Shown here piece by piece: positions 61,343 through 64,000 of a stretch of DNA of 64,000 nucleotides. Each line of letters begins with the position of its first letter. The first letter of the stretch is position 1. The position numbers and the translations under genes were made by a program. The stretch comes from Dehalococcoidia bacterium (GTDB lineage: Bacteria; Chloroflexota; Dehalococcoidia; UBA6926): contig DAOUHQ010000015.1 in assembly GCA_034428515.1 (NCBI GenBank), positions 144,660-208,659 on the forward strand, written 5' to 3'. Under the pieces are notes generated by a model. The model saw nothing but the letters and a program-made list of their open reading frames with translations, did not search any database and had not been told where the DNA came from.

Positions 61343-62062
61343 ATGGGACAACTCGAAGGCAAGGTCTGCATCATAACGGGAGGCGGCAGGGGAATCGGAA
61401 AAGGGATTGCGCGCGCATTCGCCAAAGAAGGCGCGACCCTTGTCCTGGCCGCGCGACAACTTGAGCATCTCAATGCCACCGCTGAGGAGATGCGTGGATA
61501 CGGGGCGCCTACCCTCGTGGTCCAGACGGATGTGACCAGCGAGGAGCAGATTGTGAGCCTCTTTGCGACGACAATGGCGGAACACGGGCGAGTCGACATC
61601 CTGGTGAATAACTCCGGCGTGTTCGACGGCGGCCCCGTCGATGAGCTCTCACTGGAAACATGGAACAAGGTGGTCAGCGTCAACCTGACTTCGGTCTTTC
61701 TCTGCACGCGAGAAGCCATGAAAATAATGAAGCCGCAGGGAGGCGGACGGATCATCAATATCGGCAGCATCTCGTCAAATACGCCCAGGTGGAATTCGGT
61801 CGCCTATACGTCCACCAAGCACGCAATCATTGGACTCACGAAGTCGACGGCCCTTGAAGGCAGGGCGCACGGAATCTCAGCGGGCGCGCTCCACCCCGGC
61901 AGCGTCACCCTGGAGTGGCGAGGGCCCGAGGACCCTGATGCAACGATGTCGGTGGACGACATAGGTGGCGTGGCATTGGCGATGGCCGTGCTGCCGCCTT
62001 ACGCAAATATGCTCGAAGCATCCGTGCTGCCAATCAGACAGCCATTCCTGGGGCGCGGCTAA
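61343..62062 (+). CDS. SDR-family oxidoreductase
   Basis: ITGGGRGIGKG, YTSTKHAI. Confidence 0.85.
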   Translation: MGQLEGKVCIITGGGRGIGKGIARAFAKEGATLVLAARQLEHLNATAEEMRGYGAPTLVVQTDVTSEEQIVSLFATTMAEHGRVDILVNNSGVFDGGPVDELSLETWNKVVSVNLTSVFLCTREAMKIMKPQGGGRIINIGSISSNTPRWNSVAYTSTKHAIIGLTKSTALEGRAHGISAGALHPGSVTLEWRGPEDPDATMSVDDIGGVALAMAVLPPYANMLEASVLPIRQPFLGRG

Positions 62063-62069
62063 CCTTAGG

Positions 62070-63092
62070 TCACGACCTAACTCTGAGGCTGGGCACGGCG
62101 TCCAGGCTGCCATCATCGGGCTGGGCGCCGTGTTCAATGACGAATGCGGCGCGGGCGGCGATCATGACACCGTTGTCCGTGCAGAGTCCGGGGCGCGGCC
62201 GCCAGACTGGCATGTCCGCTTTGCGCAAGACCTCCTCGCCGAGGGCGCTATTCGCCGCGACGCCGCCGGAGAGCATGACCGACTTCGCCTTCGTGGCCCG
62301 GGCGACCTCCAGCAGGCGGTCCGCCAGGCCTGTGACAGCGGTCTGCTGAAAGCCTGCGGCGATGTTGGCGATGTCTTCCTGAGTCAGCGCGTCCGTCCCG
62401 CCACGCTCGTTCACCACGCGGAGCACCGCCGTCTTGAGGCCGCTGAAGCTGAAATCCCACGAGTCCCTGATTAGCGGACTGGGAAAGCGGACGGGGTCGG
62501 TCGCCTCACGGGCGATGCGTTCAATGATTGGGCCGCCCGGGTAGCCGAGGCCAAGCAGTCTCGCCACCTTGTCGAAGGCCTCGCCTGCGGCATCGTCTCT
62601 TGTCTCGCTCAGCAGACGGTAGTTCCCGTGCTCCTCAACCAACACGATGTCCGTATGGCCGCCGGAGACGATTAGCGCCACGGATGGCAGCATTGGGTCG
62701 CCCCGCTCCTCACTGTCCCACTGCCCGTCCGCGATCCAATTCGCATAGACATGTCCCTCAAGATGGTGGACACCGTACAGTGGCAGGTCCCACGCCATCG
62801 CGAGCGCCTTGGCGAAATTGACACCCACCAACAGGGAGCCCGCCAGTCCCGGGCCGTATGTCACGGCGATGGCATCCAGATTGAGGTCGCCGTCATGTCG
62901 ATGCATGACGTCACGAAGGAGGGTGGGAAATGTCAGCAGGTGTTGGCGTGACGCGATCTCCGGAACCACGCCGCCGAATCGCGCATGGATATCCGCCTGC
63001 GAAGACAGGGCGTGGACGATGACGCGTCGACCGTCCTCAACGATGGCGATGCCCGTCTCATCGCAAGACGATTCAATACCAAGGATTCTCAT
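62070..63092 (-). CDS. tsaD: tRNA N6-adenosine threonylcarbamoyltransferase TsaD
   Basis: MRILGIESSCDETGIAIV; Kae1/YgjD fold. Confidence 0.9.
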   Translation of the reverse strand: MRILGIESSCDETGIAIVEDGRRVIVHALSSQADIHARFGGVVPEIASRQHLLTFPTLLRDVMHRHDGDLNLDAIAVTYGPGLAGSLLVGVNFAKALAMAWDLPLYGVHHLEGHVYANWIADGQWDSEERGDPMLPSVALIVSGGHTDIVLVEEHGNYRLLSETRDDAAGEAFDKVARLLGLGYPGGPIIERIAREATDPVRFPSPLIRDSWDFSFSGLKTAVLRVVNERGGTDALTQEDIANIAAGFQQTAVTGLADRLLEVARATKAKSVMLSGGVAANSALGEEVLRKADMPVWRPRPGLCTDNGVMIAARAAFVIEHGAQPDDGSLDAVPSLRVRS

Positions 63093-63130
63093 GGCTGCCG
63101 ACGTGAGGGTTCGGAGTGAGCCTGTGCGGC

Positions 63131-63772
63131 TCAGGCCGCAGCGAGTTGCAGCATCAGCATGGCGAACTCACTTTCCTGCGCCGCCATGCGGTAAAGGGAA
63201 CGCATTGCAGGATCAATGCCGGACTTGATGATCGTGGATACGTGTTCTTCTTCAATGACTTCCGGCATCTGCGACCAGCCAATCACGATGGTATCGCCGT
63301 CATCAATCTGCTCGTTTGCCACGTAGATGGGCACTTCACCCTCTTCCCCGAGCGCGCCGCCCGGGTTACCCGGCGTGACATAGCCCGGATAATAGACCTG
63401 TTTACTGGTAACAACCCAGGAGACGGCCGGCCCGGCCCAGGCAAGGTAGACCTCATTCCCGGTAAGCGCGGCCAATACTGCGCTTGCGCGCCAGCCGCGC
63501 ACGGAGTACTCGCTCAGAGTTGACTGGGCGGACTCAATCGCGCTCTGCAGGTAGCGTGTCGTCGTAAGTCTCCGCTGCGCATTAAGTCCTTCCTCAAGCG
63601 CCTCCCAGACAATGTCCGAGACTGTTGTCGCAGGACCTGAGACGACCTCCACCAAACCGTAAACGGCATCAATGCCGTCTCGTAGCCTGTCTTCCCACAG
63701 GCGGATATAGGGCGCCATCGGCTGCGCCTCGCCGCCCGTAATGCTGAAACTAGCCGTAGTGTATGTTGCCAT
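63131..63772 (-). CDS. hypothetical protein, possibly a degenerate PP2C-like phosphatase domain
   Basis: Weak PP2C-like C-terminal motif IDDGDTIVIGWSQMPEVI; the canonical metal-binding Asp residues are unclear. Confidence 0.4.
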   Translation of the reverse strand: MATYTTASFSITGGEAQPMAPYIRLWEDRLRDGIDAVYGLVEVVSGPATTVSDIVWEALEEGLNAQRRLTTTRYLQSAIESAQSTLSEYSVRGWRASAVLAALTGNEVYLAWAGPAVSWVVTSKQVYYPGYVTPGNPGGALGEEGEVPIYVANEQIDDGDTIVIGWSQMPEVIEEEHVSTIIKSGIDPAMRSLYRMAAQESEFAMLMLQLAAA

Positions 63773-63926
63773 TCGAAAAATCCCCGCGCTCTCAAAACAG
63801 CATGCTCATTAATGATACCAGTGGGCGCTACTCCCCCGGCCCGGCGCGAACGATTGCTGCGCGACATGTAGAATAGTCACCTATAACGACAGCAATCTCC
63901 CGTCAGGGAGGAGGGACGCGCTCACA

Positions 63927-64000
63927 TGCAGGAGGTCGAGACCATTAGCCTTGCGCTATTGGGGCTCTCCTTTCTCTTTTCGGCAATCTTCTCAGGCACC
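63927..64000 (+). CDS. partial CDS (N-terminus of a membrane protein), runs off the window end
   Basis: GGGAGGAGGG RBS then ATG 63927; MQEVETISLALLGLSFLFSAIFSG is hydrophobic. Confidence 0.3.

Overview
High-GC (about 65-68%) bacterial chromosomal window, almost fully coding. Several features suggest a Chloroflexota-like aerobe: a complete Alternative Complex III (act) operon, Mcl/CitE-like lyase chemistry, and a Firmicute-like DnaD/DnaI replication set.

Core content, left to right:
- ABC-2 exporter pair and rmuC.
- thrB and lysC followed by a GT2 glycosyltransferase.
- queG.
- Quinone oxidoreductase and pncB.
- ACIII operon (actA, actB1, actB2, actC, actF, actD, actE).
- Replication/ribosome cluster: HIT family protein, a tandem DnaC/DnaI-like loader, a DnaD-like protein, dnaB and rplI.
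- purL and a LivK-like ABC substrate-binding protein.
- Rhodanese; gcvT, gcvH and a fused gcvP.
- Aldo/keto reductase, class II aldolase and SDR genes.
- A seven-gene acyl-CoA cluster: MaoC, CitE/Mcl-like lyase, acyl-CoA dehydrogenase, MaoC, B12-mutase large subunit, reductase, thiolase.
- CIRCE-controlled groES-groEL with an intrinsic terminator.
- tsaD.

Interspersed are small AT-rich islets that look horizontally acquired:
- 10.3-11.4 kb: a PUA/EVE-like domain fused to a restriction-endonuclease-fold nuclease.
- 13.5-14.1 kb: a BrnT/BrnA toxin-antitoxin pair.
- 36.2-37.6 kb: a free-standing EcoRII-N-like effector-domain protein next to an HNH endonuclease, with no methyltransferase in the window. 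A 925-bp ORF-free, strand-biased GC-rich stretch (37589-38513) lies upstream of it. I judge this the most novel candidate system in the window.
- 45.5-46.4 kb: a PIN toxin with an atypical upstream partner.

No rRNA, tRNA or CRISPR array was found. All homology calls rest on motif recognition and recollection; none was computed.
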